Of a stretch of DNA of 44,447 bases, positions 10,777 through 20,231 are shown one piece after another (position 1 is the first letter of the stretch; every line of letters begins with the position of its first letter). The position numbers and the translations under genes are program-made. Under the pieces are notes generated by a model. The model made no database searches. It saw only the letters and a program-made list of their open reading frames with translations, and was not told the origin of the DNA. The DNA is from an uncultured Oscillospiraceae bacterium (lineage in GTDB: Bacteria > Bacillota > Clostridia > Oscillospirales > Acutalibacteraceae), in assembly GCA_949296915.1 (NCBI GenBank), contig CASFPX010000017.1, forward strand, positions 1-44,447, written 5' to 3'.

Positions 10777-11154
10777 TTATGTAGCCTCCCGTACCGCGGC
10801 AATTATTTTTTCTCCTAAACCAAAACTGACAGATAATGCGCGGTCCACACGATGCATATCCACACTGCTGAGCATACCCATCCTCTCGCGCAGACGTTTT
10901 TTATCCAGCGTACGGACCTGCTCCAACAAGACAATAGAATCGCGCGCTAAACCGCAATCCGACGCGTGAATCTGAATATGTGTAGGCAGGTTCGTCTTGT
11001 ATCTCTGGCTGGTGATCGCCGCCGCAATAACCGTGGGGCTGAACTTGTTGCCCACATTGTTTTGCACAATCAGAACGGGACGAATTCCACCCTGCTCCGA
11101 TCCGACGACCGGGCTTAAATCTGCGTAATAAATTTCTCCCCTTTTAACATTCAC
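10777..11154 (-). CDS. mazF: MazF/PemK-family endoribonuclease toxin (EndoA/NdoA-like)
   Basis: Near-motif identity to B. subtilis EndoA (VKRGEIYYADLSPVVGSEQGGIRPVLIVQNNVGNKFSPTVIAAAIT...DSIVLLEQVRTLDKKRL). GTG start with GGAGTG RBS. Confidence 0.85.
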   Translation of the reverse strand: MNVKRGEIYYADLSPVVGSEQGGIRPVLIVQNNVGNKFSPTVIAAAITSQRYKTNLPTHIQIHASDCGLARDSIVLLEQVRTLDKKRLRERMGMLSSVDMHRVDRALSVSFGLGEKIIAAVREAT

Positions 11155-11358
11155 GGTAAATCACACTCCGAAAATGGCTTTGTAACAATAGCTTTACCGC
11201 ATTTGAAGGGATTTAAACATCAAATTGAATGCGGGGAGTCCATTCACAACCCCCTCAATGCATTAAACGAGGGAATTTGCCCCTCTGATTCAGCATATTC
11301 AGGCGCGCCAAGGAGTGTGAAAAAGAAGCAGGTGAAGAGCCGGGCCCTAAAAAACTGC

Positions 11359-12561
11359 TCAAATATTATTGATGCCGGCAGCTGAGCGTAATGCATCCAC
11401 CTTATCCAAATGTTCCCATGGAGCATCCACATCTGTTCTACCGAAGTGACCATAAGCGGAGAATGGAACAAACTTCATCTCACGCAGCTTGAGGTGATCA
11501 ATAATTGCAGCAGGGCGCAGATCAAACTGCTCCGTGATGATCTCACTCAGCGATGCATCCGAGATAACTCCGGTACCAAAAGTATCTACCATGACAGAAA
11601 CAGGATGTGCCACACCGATCGCATAGGCAATCTGAACTTCGCATTTGGAGGCCAGTTTGGCCGCAACCACATTTTTGGCCACATACCGCGCTGCATAGGC
11701 CGCAGAACGATCCACCTTGGTTACATCCTTACCCGAAAAGGCTCCGCCACCGTGGCGTGCGCAGCCGCCGTATGTATCGACGATGATCTTTCTGCCGGTC
11801 AGGCCGCTGTCCGCCGCCGGGCCACCCTTCACAAACCGTCCAGTGGGATTTACATAGATGATGGTGTCGTTATCCATCAAATCTTCCGGTACGATTTTAC
11901 GGATCACATGTTGGACAATATCCTTGCGAATCGTCTCAAGCGGAACATCTGCACTGTGCTGTGTGGAGACGACAATTGTATCTACACGTTGCGGCTTGCC
12001 GGACTCATCGTATTCAACGGTTACCTGTGTTTTACCATCGGGATACAGGTAGCTGAGCGTTCCATCCTTGCGCACAGCCGCCAACTGACGCGCCAGACGG
12101 TGCGCCAAGGAAATAGAAAGCGGCATATACTCCGGCGTTTCATCACAGGCATAGCCAAACATCATCCCTTGATCGCCTGCGCCGTTGAGGTTGTAACGAT
12201 CCTCCTCACCAGATTTGAGCTCATAGGAACGATCTACCCCCATTGCGATATCCGGGGACTGTTCATCAATAGCAGTAAATACGGCGCATGTATTTCCGTT
12301 GAATCCCTTATCATCGGAATCATAGCCAATATCGCAGATTACCTGACGGGCGATTTTGGCAATTGGAGGCATATAAGAACTGCTGATCTCCCCCATAATC
12401 AGGACTTCGCCTGTCGTGCAAGTGGTCTCACAAGCGACACGTGCATTTGGATCTTTTTCATATATGGCATCCAGTACAGCATCCGAAATCCTGTCGCACA
12501 CCTTGTCGGGATGGCCCTCTGTAACGGATTCGGAAGTAAACAGATACTTACCCATACTCAT
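11359..12561 (-). CDS. metK: S-adenosylmethionine synthetase
   Basis: GHPDK, GAGDQG and GGGAFSGKD motifs; 400 aa. Confidence 0.95.
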   Translation of the reverse strand: MSMGKYLFTSESVTEGHPDKVCDRISDAVLDAIYEKDPNARVACETTCTTGEVLIMGEISSSYMPPIAKIARQVICDIGYDSDDKGFNGNTCAVFTAIDEQSPDIAMGVDRSYELKSGEEDRYNLNGAGDQGMMFGYACDETPEYMPLSISLAHRLARQLAAVRKDGTLSYLYPDGKTQVTVEYDESGKPQRVDTIVVSTQHSADVPLETIRKDIVQHVIRKIVPEDLMDNDTIIYVNPTGRFVKGGPAADSGLTGRKIIVDTYGGCARHGGGAFSGKDVTKVDRSAAYAARYVAKNVVAAKLASKCEVQIAYAIGVAHPVSVMVDTFGTGVISDASLSEIITEQFDLRPAAIIDHLKLREMKFVPFSAYGHFGRTDVDAPWEHLDKVDALRSAAGINNI

Positions 12562-12588
12562 AGATTCTCCTTAAATCAATATTTTAAC

Positions 12589-12730
12589 AAAAAAACAGCC
12601 CGCATATCGCGGGCGTAAAAACCTTATCTTCCGGCAGCAAGCCGTAGGATTTAGCACCTTGCACGACTACCGATCGTGCAGGTTGCCGGGCTTCACAGGG
12701 CCTCTCCCTCAGCCGCTCGCAATAAGGGTG
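12589..12730 (-). promoter_or_regulatory. SAM-I (S-box) riboswitch with terminator expression platform in the metK leader
   Basis: Minus-strand RNA reads CUUAUUGCGAGCGGCUGAGGGAGAGGCCCUGUGAAGCCCGGCAACC...GGUGCUAAAUCC...GAAGAUAAGG, then terminator CGCCCGCGAUAUGCGGGCUGUUUUUUU. A TTGACA-17-TACAAT promoter lies at 12747..12776. The ORF-track 60-aa ORF at 12584..12766 is a translated-riboswitch artefact. Confidence 0.85.
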
Positions 12731-12762
12731 TTTGGTTGTTGTCCCTATTGTAACACAGAAGA

Positions 12763-13336
12763 TCACTTTTTGTCAATAACAGGATTTTTTCGATGGTCAA
12801 GATAGCGATGGAGCGGAATGAACACGATGGCAGATATCAATGAATTCCCCCCCATCTTGATGAGGTTAAAGGGAATGACCGCAGGCAACATCAAATCATT
12901 GAGCGCCTCAAGCGGAACCCCGTAGAAGTGAACGGTAAAGATGTAGTTGAGCGGTATCATCATCAATGTAGCTCCCAAGCTGCCAAGGATCAGTCCGACT
13001 GTCAATCCCCGGATGTTATTCCATCTCCGATAGAATAGCCCCGCTATCAAAACAAGTACCCCCTGTGCCATCACATGCATCAGGAATCCGATCCAGCCAT
13101 CCCCTGCGAGGAGAAAAGCCTGTAAAAAAGCTTCAATCACCAGAATCAATAGCCCAGACAGGGGGCCAAACAACATGGTACCAATCAGAACCGGCACATC
13201 GGCCATATCGTATTGCAAAAATGCAGCTGCCGGGAAGATAGGGAAGCGAATCAGCATCATCAATACAAGCGATATTGCAATCAACATTGCCATTTGAACC
13301 ATTTTCAGAATGTTCTTTCGCGTCTTGTTTTCCATA
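12763..13336 (-). CDS. ribU: ECF-transporter S component, riboflavin (RibU-type)
   Basis: ECF S-component signature MENKTRKNILKMVQMAMLIAISLVLMMLIRFPIFPAAAFLQYDMADVPVLIGTMLFGP, preceded by an FMN riboswitch. True start is ATG 13336 with a GGAGGG RBS; the ORF-track N-terminal extension to 13434 translates the riboswitch. Confidence 0.75.
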
Positions 13337-13368
13337 GAATCATGCCCTCCAAATGGAGCTGCTCCACA

Positions 13369-13548
13369 CAAGAAAAAAGGCGCCCAAAACAGGGCGCCCG
13401 AAATACTGAAGTGTTTTGCCACCATTTCTTTCATCCGGACTATACCGTTGGCTTTGGAATCACACCAAATCAGCTATAAAGCTCGCGGGCTTGGGAATAC
13501 ACCCTTACCGCCAGTGGGGAATTACACCCCGCCCTGAAACAGCTCTTA
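13369..13548 (-). promoter_or_regulatory. FMN riboswitch (RFN element) with intrinsic-terminator expression platform
   Basis: Minus-strand RNA reads CAGGGCGGGGUGUAAUUCCCCACUGGCGGUAAGGGU...AAGCCCGCGAGC...GAUUUGGUGUGAUUCCAAAGCCAACGGUAUAGUCCGGAUGAAAGAAAUGG, then terminator GGGCGCCCUGUUUUGGGCGCCUUUUUU at 13369..13399. Confidence 0.85.
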
Positions 13549-13562
13549 TAAAATTTATAATT

Positions 13563-15074
13563 TTATTTTACCACGTCCATTTGATTTGTCAAGCTATCAC
13601 TCGGCATTTTTTCCTCTGAAATATCAAACCAGAACCGAACACCACCCTCAACATTTTCTACGCCGTATTTCATCTGATGCATATTTTGGATCGCGCGTAC
13701 AATGGAGAGCCCCAGGCCATAGCGGTTTTCCGACCGGTTGTGGGATTTATCCGCACGGTAAAAGCTGTTCCAAATTTTATCCATATCCTCTTCCGCAATG
13801 GCATCGCCGCTATTGAAAACATAAACACGAATAATATCTCCTAACTGTTCACTGGAGACGCGAATGCAGTATGGATCTTTGACATGGGAGATGGCATTCC
13901 CCAAGTAATTACTCAATACCATTTCCAACTTGGTGATGTCCCCCCAGCCAGTTAACGAGGGATCGATATCATTTTTCGCTGTGATTCCTTTATCCTCAAA
14001 AAGCACTTTCATGCTGTTGAGCATATTTCCTGCGAATTCGTGCACATTAAATCGTTCACTGTGGAGCGGATACGCCCCCTGCTCGTATTTAGAAAGCTCC
14101 AGCAACTCTACGACGATATCATTCATGCGGGAGGTCTCATCCACAATAATTTTACAGTATTCACTGACAGATTCCGGATCGTCCGCCACGCCCATTTCAA
14201 GTCCTTCGGCATAGCCCTGGATGATTGCAATCGGCGTTTTTAATTCGTGAGAAACATTGGAAATAAACTCCTTGCGCACCTGTTCTTGCCGGCGTTCCCA
14301 TTCGATATCGCTTTTCAGGCGCTCATTTTTCTTTTTCAGATCCTGGAGCGTACGATCGAGCGTGTCAGATAGATGGTTAATACTCTTCCCGAGCTCTCCT
14401 AATTCATCACTACGTGTGACGGTACATTTTTGGGAAAAATCCATATTGACCATCTTTTTGGTCACACGGTTCATATCTATGATCGGATTGGTGATCTTTC
14501 TGGAGTACCAGAATACCGAGACAAAGGCAAAAATCAATACAATAGTTGCCAGCTTCCAGACAAGAGAGTCCGCAATGGAGGCATTGATCTCAATCGTGCT
14601 GCGTGGGGTAAAGGCCTCTATCAGTTGCGTATCCCCCAGTGACGAAACGCAAGACAGATATTGTGTTCCTGTGTTGACATCCTGCTGGATTTGGAATACG
14701 ACGCCATCCTCTACTTTTTCCTCTATCACATCGACGTTGCGCTGATAGTTGGAAAAGTACTCAAAAAAGTCACTGACAGACTGGATACTGGAGGGGAGTT
14801 CCGCCCAACTGGGATAAATAAGCCGGCCGCCAGTTGTATAGATCTCGAGGCTGACATTATATTTTCGCTCAACATTGGAGACTTGGTCCGAATAATCGGC
14901 GTCATTTTGATTCAATTCCTTAACCTCGCCAATAGATTTGGAAAGGGAGTTGCGTTCTGTATACTCGTAGTAATAGGGTAACAGTTGAGAATTGGCCAGC
15001 AGCAGCGCCAGAACACACAGGATAATGATGATAGATACCTGCGCAAAAATCTGAAACCGAATACTATTTCTCAC
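13563..15074 (-). CDS. Sensor histidine kinase (two TM segments, HAMP, HisKA, HATPase_c)
   Basis: H-box SHELKTP; N and G boxes (NYLGNAISH, GLGLSIV). Overlaps the response-regulator gene by 11 nt. Confidence 0.9.
   Translation of the reverse strand: MRNSIRFQIFAQVSIIIILCVLALLLANSQLLPYYYEYTERNSLSKSIGEVKELNQNDADYSDQVSNVERKYNVSLEIYTTGGRLIYPSWAELPSSIQSVSDFFEYFSNYQRNVDVIEEKVEDGVVFQIQQDVNTGTQYLSCVSSLGDTQLIEAFTPRSTIEINASIADSLVWKLATIVLIFAFVSVFWYSRKITNPIIDMNRVTKKMVNMDFSQKCTVTRSDELGELGKSINHLSDTLDRTLQDLKKKNERLKSDIEWERRQEQVRKEFISNVSHELKTPIAIIQGYAEGLEMGVADDPESVSEYCKIIVDETSRMNDIVVELLELSKYEQGAYPLHSERFNVHEFAGNMLNSMKVLFEDKGITAKNDIDPSLTGWGDITKLEMVLSNYLGNAISHVKDPYCIRVSSEQLGDIIRVYVFNSGDAIAEEDMDKIWNSFYRADKSHNRSENRYGLGLSIVRAIQNMHQMKYGVENVEGGVRFWFDISEEKMPSDSLTNQMDVVK
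13565..13592 (-). promoter_or_regulatory. Promoter for the FMN-riboswitch/ribU transcript (TTGACA-16/17-TAAAAT), embedded in the 3' end of the histidine-kinase gene
   Basis: Hexamers read on the minus strand; the distance to the aptamer is appropriate. Confidence 0.5.
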
Positions 15075-15759
15075 GCCCGGACACCTCTATTTTATATCCA
15101 ATACCGTAAACGGTTTTCAGATGCCGGTTTCCCCACTCACTCAACTTAGTGCGCAGACGGGCGACATGGGAATCAACGGTACGGATATCGCCGGTGTAAT
15201 CATATCCCCAAATAGAGTCAAGCAGTTGCTCACGAGAGTAGACACGGCCAATATTGGAGAGTAATTTGTAGAGGATATCATACTCCTTGAGCGTTAATTC
15301 CACCGGTTCCCCGTTCAAGGTGACGACGTGCGCTTCATCATTCACGGATAGACCATCCATATGGATTCCACCCTCGTCTGCGCTCTCCGTAATCACCTTA
15401 CCGCGCCGGAGAAGTGCCTCAACCCTCTTTACCAAAACCGATGGACTGAAAGGCTTGACCACATAGTCGTCCGCCCCGGATTCAAAGCCCATCAGTTCGT
15501 CAAACTCCTGGCTGCGGGCAGTCAGCATTAAGACAGGGATATCGGAATGCTCCCGGATCTTTTTGCACACATCCCATCCGTTGATTTCCGGCATCATCAC
15601 ATCCAAAATGATCAGCGCGGTATCGGGATTACTGTTGAATTGCTCCAAGGCCTGAGCGCCATCCTCGGCCTCCAATGTAGTGTAGCCACTCTTCTTTAAA
15701 AAGTCACAGACCAGGTGACGAATCCTTGGCTCATCATCCGCAATCAAAATCTTTGGCAT
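15064..15759 (-). CDS. OmpR-family response regulator
   Basis: MPKILIADDEP receiver domain with a winged-helix C-terminus. Start chosen at ATG 15759 after a GGTGAG RBS; the ORF track begins upstream at 15840. Confidence 0.9.
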   Translation of the reverse strand: MPKILIADDEPRIRHLVCDFLKKSGYTTLEAEDGAQALEQFNSNPDTALIILDVMMPEINGWDVCKKIREHSDIPVLMLTARSQEFDELMGFESGADDYVVKPFSPSVLVKRVEALLRRGKVITESADEGGIHMDGLSVNDEAHVVTLNGEPVELTLKEYDILYKLLSNIGRVYSREQLLDSIWGYDYTGDIRTVDSHVARLRTKLSEWGNRHLKTVYGIGYKIEVSGREK

Positions 15760-15864
15760 ATACTCACCAGCTTTTATGATCCATTTGTAAAATGATTGTA
15801 CCACAGCCCCGAAAAGATTTACAATACGTTTCACAATCATTTTACAAATTCACAAATGGAAAGA

Positions 15865-15902
15865 CAAAAAGTGGCGGTGCCTGCACTGGGTGACACCGCC
15901 GC
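15865..15902 (-). terminator. Intrinsic terminator after the fumarase-beta-like gene
   Basis: Minus strand reads GGCGGTGTCACCCAGTGCAGGCACCGCC followed by ACTTTTTGTC. Confidence 0.6.
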
Positions 15903-15905
15903 TCC

Positions 15906-16436
15906 CTATTCTTGAAATAAATTCCCGCCGGAACAATCAATTGCCGCAATCAGTGGAAAATCTTGGAATTCAAGCCGCTTTACAGACTCGCAACCAAGGT
16001 CCTCAAATCCAATGACTTCGCAGGAGACAATATGCTCGCAGGCAAGCGCCCCTGCACCTCCGATCGCACAGAGGTATACGGAGTGGTTGCGCACGATAGC
16101 ATCACAGACGTCCCGGCTCCGCTTCCCCTTGCCGATTGTCGCAGCCACACCGAGATCAAGCAGCCTCGGCGTATAAACATCCATTCGGCCGGAGGTTGTA
16201 GGGCCACAACTCCCAATGGCTAAGCCGGACGGCGTCGGTGTTGGCCCGGCATAGTAAATCACCGCATCTTTTAGATCATAAGGCAGTTGCTTCCCCGATG
16301 CCATCCACTCAAAAATACGCTTGTGGGCAGCGTCACGTGAGGTGTATACGGTTCCAGAAAGGATAACACGATCCCCGGCTCGGATAGTACCGGCCAGCTG
16401 CTTTAATTCACTTGTATTGCACCGGATTACTGCCAA
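15906..16436 (-). CDS. Fe-S hydro-lyase beta subunit (class I fumarate hydratase / L(+)-tartrate dehydratase C-terminal domain family)
   Basis: 176 aa with RDAAHKR, YYAGPTP and GPTTSGRMD motifs typical of Fumerase_C domains. No alpha-subunit gene anywhere in the window. Confidence 0.75.
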   Translation of the reverse strand: MAVIRCNTSELKQLAGTIRAGDRVILSGTVYTSRDAAHKRIFEWMASGKQLPYDLKDAVIYYAGPTPTPSGLAIGSCGPTTSGRMDVYTPRLLDLGVAATIGKGKRSRDVCDAIVRNHSVYLCAIGGAGALACEHIVSCEVIGFEDLGCESVKRLEFQDFPLIAAIDCSGGNLFQE

Positions 16437-16448
16437 AGGAATGCCCCC

Positions 16449-17231
16449 TCATACATTTGATTCAGGAGATTTTTTGTGGCTGTGGACAGCCGAAATCTCC
16501 AAATTATCCAGATTGATCTCAAACTGAGTTGTTCCGTCATCCGAATCGCTTTCATTCTCGGAACATACCACGTGTTTCTGTGCATAAGCCTCGGCAAATT
16601 TGGGGAATCCATGGCCATCTTCAAACAAATTGGGGGTAGCCAGCTCCAACTTATCGGATATAGCGGTCAGGCGTTCCTTTAGCGAACCAAGAGATTGATT
16701 TAACGCTTCTGTCGTATCAGAGAGATCAGCTGTAAACCGCGTAATATCGTCGGATACGCTACGTGCCGTATCCTTATACTCCTTGGTGAGCGATGATACG
16801 CGATTTTCTGCCTGTTCTACAATTTTATCCGCATAAACCTGCGCATCAATCATTAGAGCACCGATTTGTGATTGGATTACCCGGAGCTTTTCTTCACTGT
16901 CGCTCATCTGATTGGTGCGCTCCTCCAGTTTTTGATGAAACGCCTTTTCCAACTCTGCCTTTTCCAGCTCTGCCCGCTGAAGAGATTCTTCCCCCATGCG
17001 TTTTTGCTCCGACAACTGGCGCTCGAGTTCCTGAACATGATTATTTAATCGGTCATTTTCCGCCTTGAGCGCTATAATTTCCTGATCCCGACCGGCGATA
17101 TCCCGGTCGGTCTGTTCGCGATTGCCGCTACTCTCCACTAAAGAGGCTTGGAGTTGAGAAATGTATTTCATGACATCTTCCTTGTTAAAGCCTCTCAAAC
17201 TGGTGCGAAATGGAATATTATCAGCCATCAT
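16449..17231 (-). CDS. DivIVA-domain coiled-coil protein
   Basis: N-terminal F..SLRGFNKEDV..YI motif (DivIVA-like), followed by a long E/K/Q-rich coiled coil. Confidence 0.6.
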   Translation of the reverse strand: MMADNIPFRTSLRGFNKEDVMKYISQLQASLVESSGNREQTDRDIAGRDQEIIALKAENDRLNNHVQELERQLSEQKRMGEESLQRAELEKAELEKAFHQKLEERTNQMSDSEEKLRVIQSQIGALMIDAQVYADKIVEQAENRVSSLTKEYKDTARSVSDDITRFTADLSDTTEALNQSLGSLKERLTAISDKLELATPNLFEDGHGFPKFAEAYAQKHVVCSENESDSDDGTTQFEINLDNLEISAVHSHKKSPESNV

Positions 17232-17249
17232 ATCGCCTCCACAGGAAAA

Positions 17250-17717
17250 TTAAAGATAGTACCTGGTTACATCCGGATCAAACCAGATCTGAATTTCCGT
17301 GCGGAATGCCTCCACGCAGTCGCTCGCGTGAATTAAGTTTTCGCAGCAACGGTTCTCATCCAAAGAGCGTTGTAGGGAATCGATACCCAGATCACCGCGA
17401 ATTGTCCCTTTTGCCGCCTTTACAGGATCCGTCGCACCGACAATCTCTCGTACCTTTGTAATGATATTCTCGTCCTCTGATTTTACAATAATCGGTACAA
17501 CATATTTTCCCTCAAAATATTTGGCGGCTTTTTCTTTAAAATCCTCCCCAACTTTCTCAATTACTTCGGCATAGTGTTCAAAAACCCGCTCACGTGTAGC
17601 CTTTACTGTATTGATCCAGTCGATCTCGATACCGCCTTTTTTTAAATATCCAATGATCTGCTGGGTTAAGTTTCGCTCGATGGCGTCCGGCTTTAACATA
17701 ATAAAACTATAATACAT
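17250..17717 (-). CDS. ndk: Nucleoside-diphosphate kinase
   Basis: FIMLKPDAIERNL N-terminus; NLIHASD active-site histidine motif; ~150 aa. Confidence 0.8.
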   Translation of the reverse strand: MYYSFIMLKPDAIERNLTQQIIGYLKKGGIEIDWINTVKATRERVFEHYAEVIEKVGEDFKEKAAKYFEGKYVVPIIVKSEDENIITKVREIVGATDPVKAAKGTIRGDLGIDSLQRSLDENRCCENLIHASDCVEAFRTEIQIWFDPDVTRYYL

Positions 17718-17827
17718 CGTAATCCGCCTTTCAAAATAAATAACAAATCATTTTTATTGTACATTTTTATTACGCTTTTCGCAAGTAAAAAACGAAAATT
17801 GCGCCTGTAAACCAAAAAAATTTAATA

Positions 17828-17860
17828 TAAAAAACCGGAGCAAAGGAAAACTTTGCTCCG
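17828..17860 (-). terminator. Intrinsic terminator after tRNA-Val
   Basis: Minus strand reads GGAGCAAAG-TTTTC-CTTTGCTCCGG followed by TTTTTAT. Confidence 0.6.
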
Positions 17861-17863
17861 TCA

Positions 17864-17939
17864 TGGTGGACGCTAACGGATTTGAACCGCTGACCCTTCG
17901 CACGTCAAGCGAATGCTCTACCAGCTGAGCTAAGCGTCC
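17864..17939 (-). tRNA. tRNA-Val (anticodon GAC)
   Basis: Hand-folded cloverleaf: GGACGCTTAGCTCAGCTGGTAGAGCATTCGCTTGACGTGCGAAGGGTCAGCGGTTCAAATCCGTTAGCGTCCACCA. Confidence 0.9.
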
Positions 17940-18177
17940 GTGTGTTCATTTGTAAGGCGCTTGATTATTATATTATATTCAACGAAAAAAAGCAAGGGGT
18001 ATTTAAAAAAAAAATTAAATTAATTTTGCTGCCATTCTGATGATACGCCTGAACGTCCCCTGCCGGAACATTTAATCCCGCATTATACAAAAACAGTCAG
18101 AATCTTTATTGCAAAGTATCTGTTTAGGAATTATAATAAATTGAACACAGAGTTGTCAACTGACGGAGGCGATTTTT

Positions 18178-19029
18178 ATGCTTGCCATTACCTTTAACAG
18201 CGCTTCACTTCAAAATATATGGGAAAAGTTTTCTGATTTTCTGCCGCACATCTTGGCGGCAGTGCTGATTTTTGCAGTGGGTTTCTGGCTCTCCGCCCTC
18301 ATCGGGAAATTGGTTGTAAAATGGATGACCCACCATAATATTGATGCGACGATCCACGCCTTTGTACGCGGCGGCATCGTACTTACGCTCAGAATTGTTG
18401 TAATTCTGTCGGCGCTGGCCACTTTGGGAATCAATGTAAACTCCTTTATTGCCGCTATTGGCGCAGCAGGAGCTACTGCGGGCATTGGGTTAAAGGACAG
18501 CGTTTCTCAATTTGCGAGTGGAATCCAAATTCTCTTTAATAAGCCCTTTAAAAAGGGAGACTATATTGCAATCGACACAGTCGAAGGGATTGTTGATGAA
18601 ATTAAACTTATGCAAACAACACTGAGAACAGCTGATAACAAATTGGTCATTCTCCCAAATTCTACTATAACGCTTGACGCCATCACCAATTATACAGCTC
18701 AGGACATCCGACGACTAGATATCAATTATCGTATTTCCAGTATTACCCAACTCGACGCGGCACGAAAAATTATTCTGGAATATATTCAAGAATTACAGGG
18801 CGTCCTTGATGACGAAGGGAAAAAGCCGTTGGTAGCTGTTACTGGGCAGGATTCCTCTGGTATCATTGTAACCGCTCAGATCTGGTGTAAGGCGGAAAAT
18901 TATTGGGATAATTTGTATTTTATGCAGGAGCAGGTGCGCCGCAGCTTTTCCCGGGAGGGAATCACCTTCCCTGGCGAGCGAATTGATTTAAAAGTGATTC
19001 AATCATTCCAAACGGAGGAACACGCATGA
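18178..19029 (+). CDS. Mechanosensitive ion channel, MscS family
   Basis: Three TM segments followed by the conserved MscS beta-domain (FKKGDYIAIDTVEGIVDEIKLMQTTLRT). Confidence 0.85.
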   Translation: MLAITFNSASLQNIWEKFSDFLPHILAAVLIFAVGFWLSALIGKLVVKWMTHHNIDATIHAFVRGGIVLTLRIVVILSALATLGINVNSFIAAIGAAGATAGIGLKDSVSQFASGIQILFNKPFKKGDYIAIDTVEGIVDEIKLMQTTLRTADNKLVILPNSTITLDAITNYTAQDIRRLDINYRISSITQLDAARKIILEYIQELQGVLDDEGKKPLVAVTGQDSSGIIVTAQIWCKAENYWDNLYFMQEQVRRSFSREGITFPGERIDLKVIQSFQTEEHA

Positions 19030-20195
19030 CAAAATTACTGATCAAACTATTTATCAAAGATGATGGGAGTGCCCCAATGACGCCAAAGTTGCGGGAAAAA
19101 TTTGGTGTCCTGAGCGGCTGTGTCGGCATTGTGCTGAATGTGCTGCTGGCTGGTGCAAAACTCGTTGTTGGAACGATCGCCAACAGTATCTCCATCACGG
19201 CTGATGCCGTTAACAACTTTTCAGATGTCGGTGCCTCTGCTGTCAATCTAATTGGAGCTAAAGCAGCTGCTAAGGCTCCAGATAAGGAACATCCTTTTGG
19301 TCACGGACGGATTGAATATATTGCTGCGCTGATTGTATCCTTCATTGTGCTCTCCTGCGGGCTGGAATTAATCAAGACATCCATTGATAAAATCCTGCAT
19401 CCCGAGGTCGTTCTATTCAGCTATCCTGCAGCGGCGGTTCTGGTGCTCTCTATTCTCGGCAAACTGTGGCTGGCACTGTTTAACAACAAGATTGCCAAAC
19501 GAATCTCATCCGTTTCCAACAAGGCCGTGGTTGCGGATAGTCTGAGTGATATCATCTCCACATCCGCCACCCTAATTGCCCTCATTTGCTCCAAGTTTAC
19601 CACGTTGCCCGTGGATGGCTATATTGGTATTCTTGTTGCGCTTTTTATTATATTTACAGGTATTTCTATTGTACGGGATACGGTAAGTCCACTGTTGGGC
19701 GAGCGCCCGGACAAGGAACTGGTGAATGAAATCGAACAGGAAATTCTTTCACAGGATGGTATAATTGGCGTTCACGATCTGATGGTACATAGCTATGGCC
19801 CGTCGCGTGTTTTTGTCTCTGCCCATGCGGAGGTGCCATCTGATGCGGATATCAATGTCAGTCACGATGCAGTGGATAACATTGAGAATAACCTGCGGAA
19901 AAAATACGGTATCCTCGCTACGATCCATATGGATCCCATCGTCACGAACGATGAACACATTGCGGAACTCCGTAACAAAATCAACAGGATCGTAAAACAG
20001 ATTGATCCCGAACTCACCACTCATGATCTTCGAGTGGTAGAGGGACCCACGCACACGAACGTCATCTTTGATGTGGTCACCCCCTATCGTTACAAGATTC
20101 CCGGATCGTCACTCTCTGAGTTGATTGAAAAAGAAGTCAAAAAAATCAATCCGACATATAACACGGTCATCACCGTGGAAAACAGCTACATTTAA
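19026..20195 (+). CDS. Cation diffusion facilitator (CDF) family metal efflux transporter
   Basis: Six TM segments with SITADAVNNFSD/HGH motifs and a C-terminal cytoplasmic domain. Overlaps mscS by 4 nt. Confidence 0.85.
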   Translation: MTKLLIKLFIKDDGSAPMTPKLREKFGVLSGCVGIVLNVLLAGAKLVVGTIANSISITADAVNNFSDVGASAVNLIGAKAAAKAPDKEHPFGHGRIEYIAALIVSFIVLSCGLELIKTSIDKILHPEVVLFSYPAAAVLVLSILGKLWLALFNNKIAKRISSVSNKAVVADSLSDIISTSATLIALICSKFTTLPVDGYIGILVALFIIFTGISIVRDTVSPLLGERPDKELVNEIEQEILSQDGIIGVHDLMVHSYGPSRVFVSAHAEVPSDADINVSHDAVDNIENNLRKKYGILATIHMDPIVTNDEHIAELRNKINRIVKQIDPELTTHDLRVVEGPTHTNVIFDVVTPYRYKIPGSSLSELIEKEVKKINPTYNTVITVENSYI

Positions 20196-20231
20196 CAGTA
20201 AAAGGTTTGGAAGGCGATGTTCTCCAGTTTT

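Noticed and set aside
11203-11471. Small ORFs between metK and mazF (60 aa on the plus strand, 75 aa on the minus strand), considered as candidate antitoxins
   Set aside because: The minus-strand ORF overlaps the metK 3' end in another frame and is Phe-rich low complexity. Neither has an RBS, and neither resembles RHH, AbrB or Phd antitoxin folds.
12584-12766. 60-aa minus-strand ORF upstream of metK
   Set aside because: It lies entirely within the SAM-I riboswitch and its terminator. It has no RBS and shows translated-RNA composition.
13337-13434. N-terminal 33-aa extension of the ribU ORF (MKEMVAKHFSISGALFWAPFF...)
   Set aside because: This is a translation of the FMN riboswitch 3' half and its terminator. 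The true start is ATG 13336 with a GGAGGG RBS.
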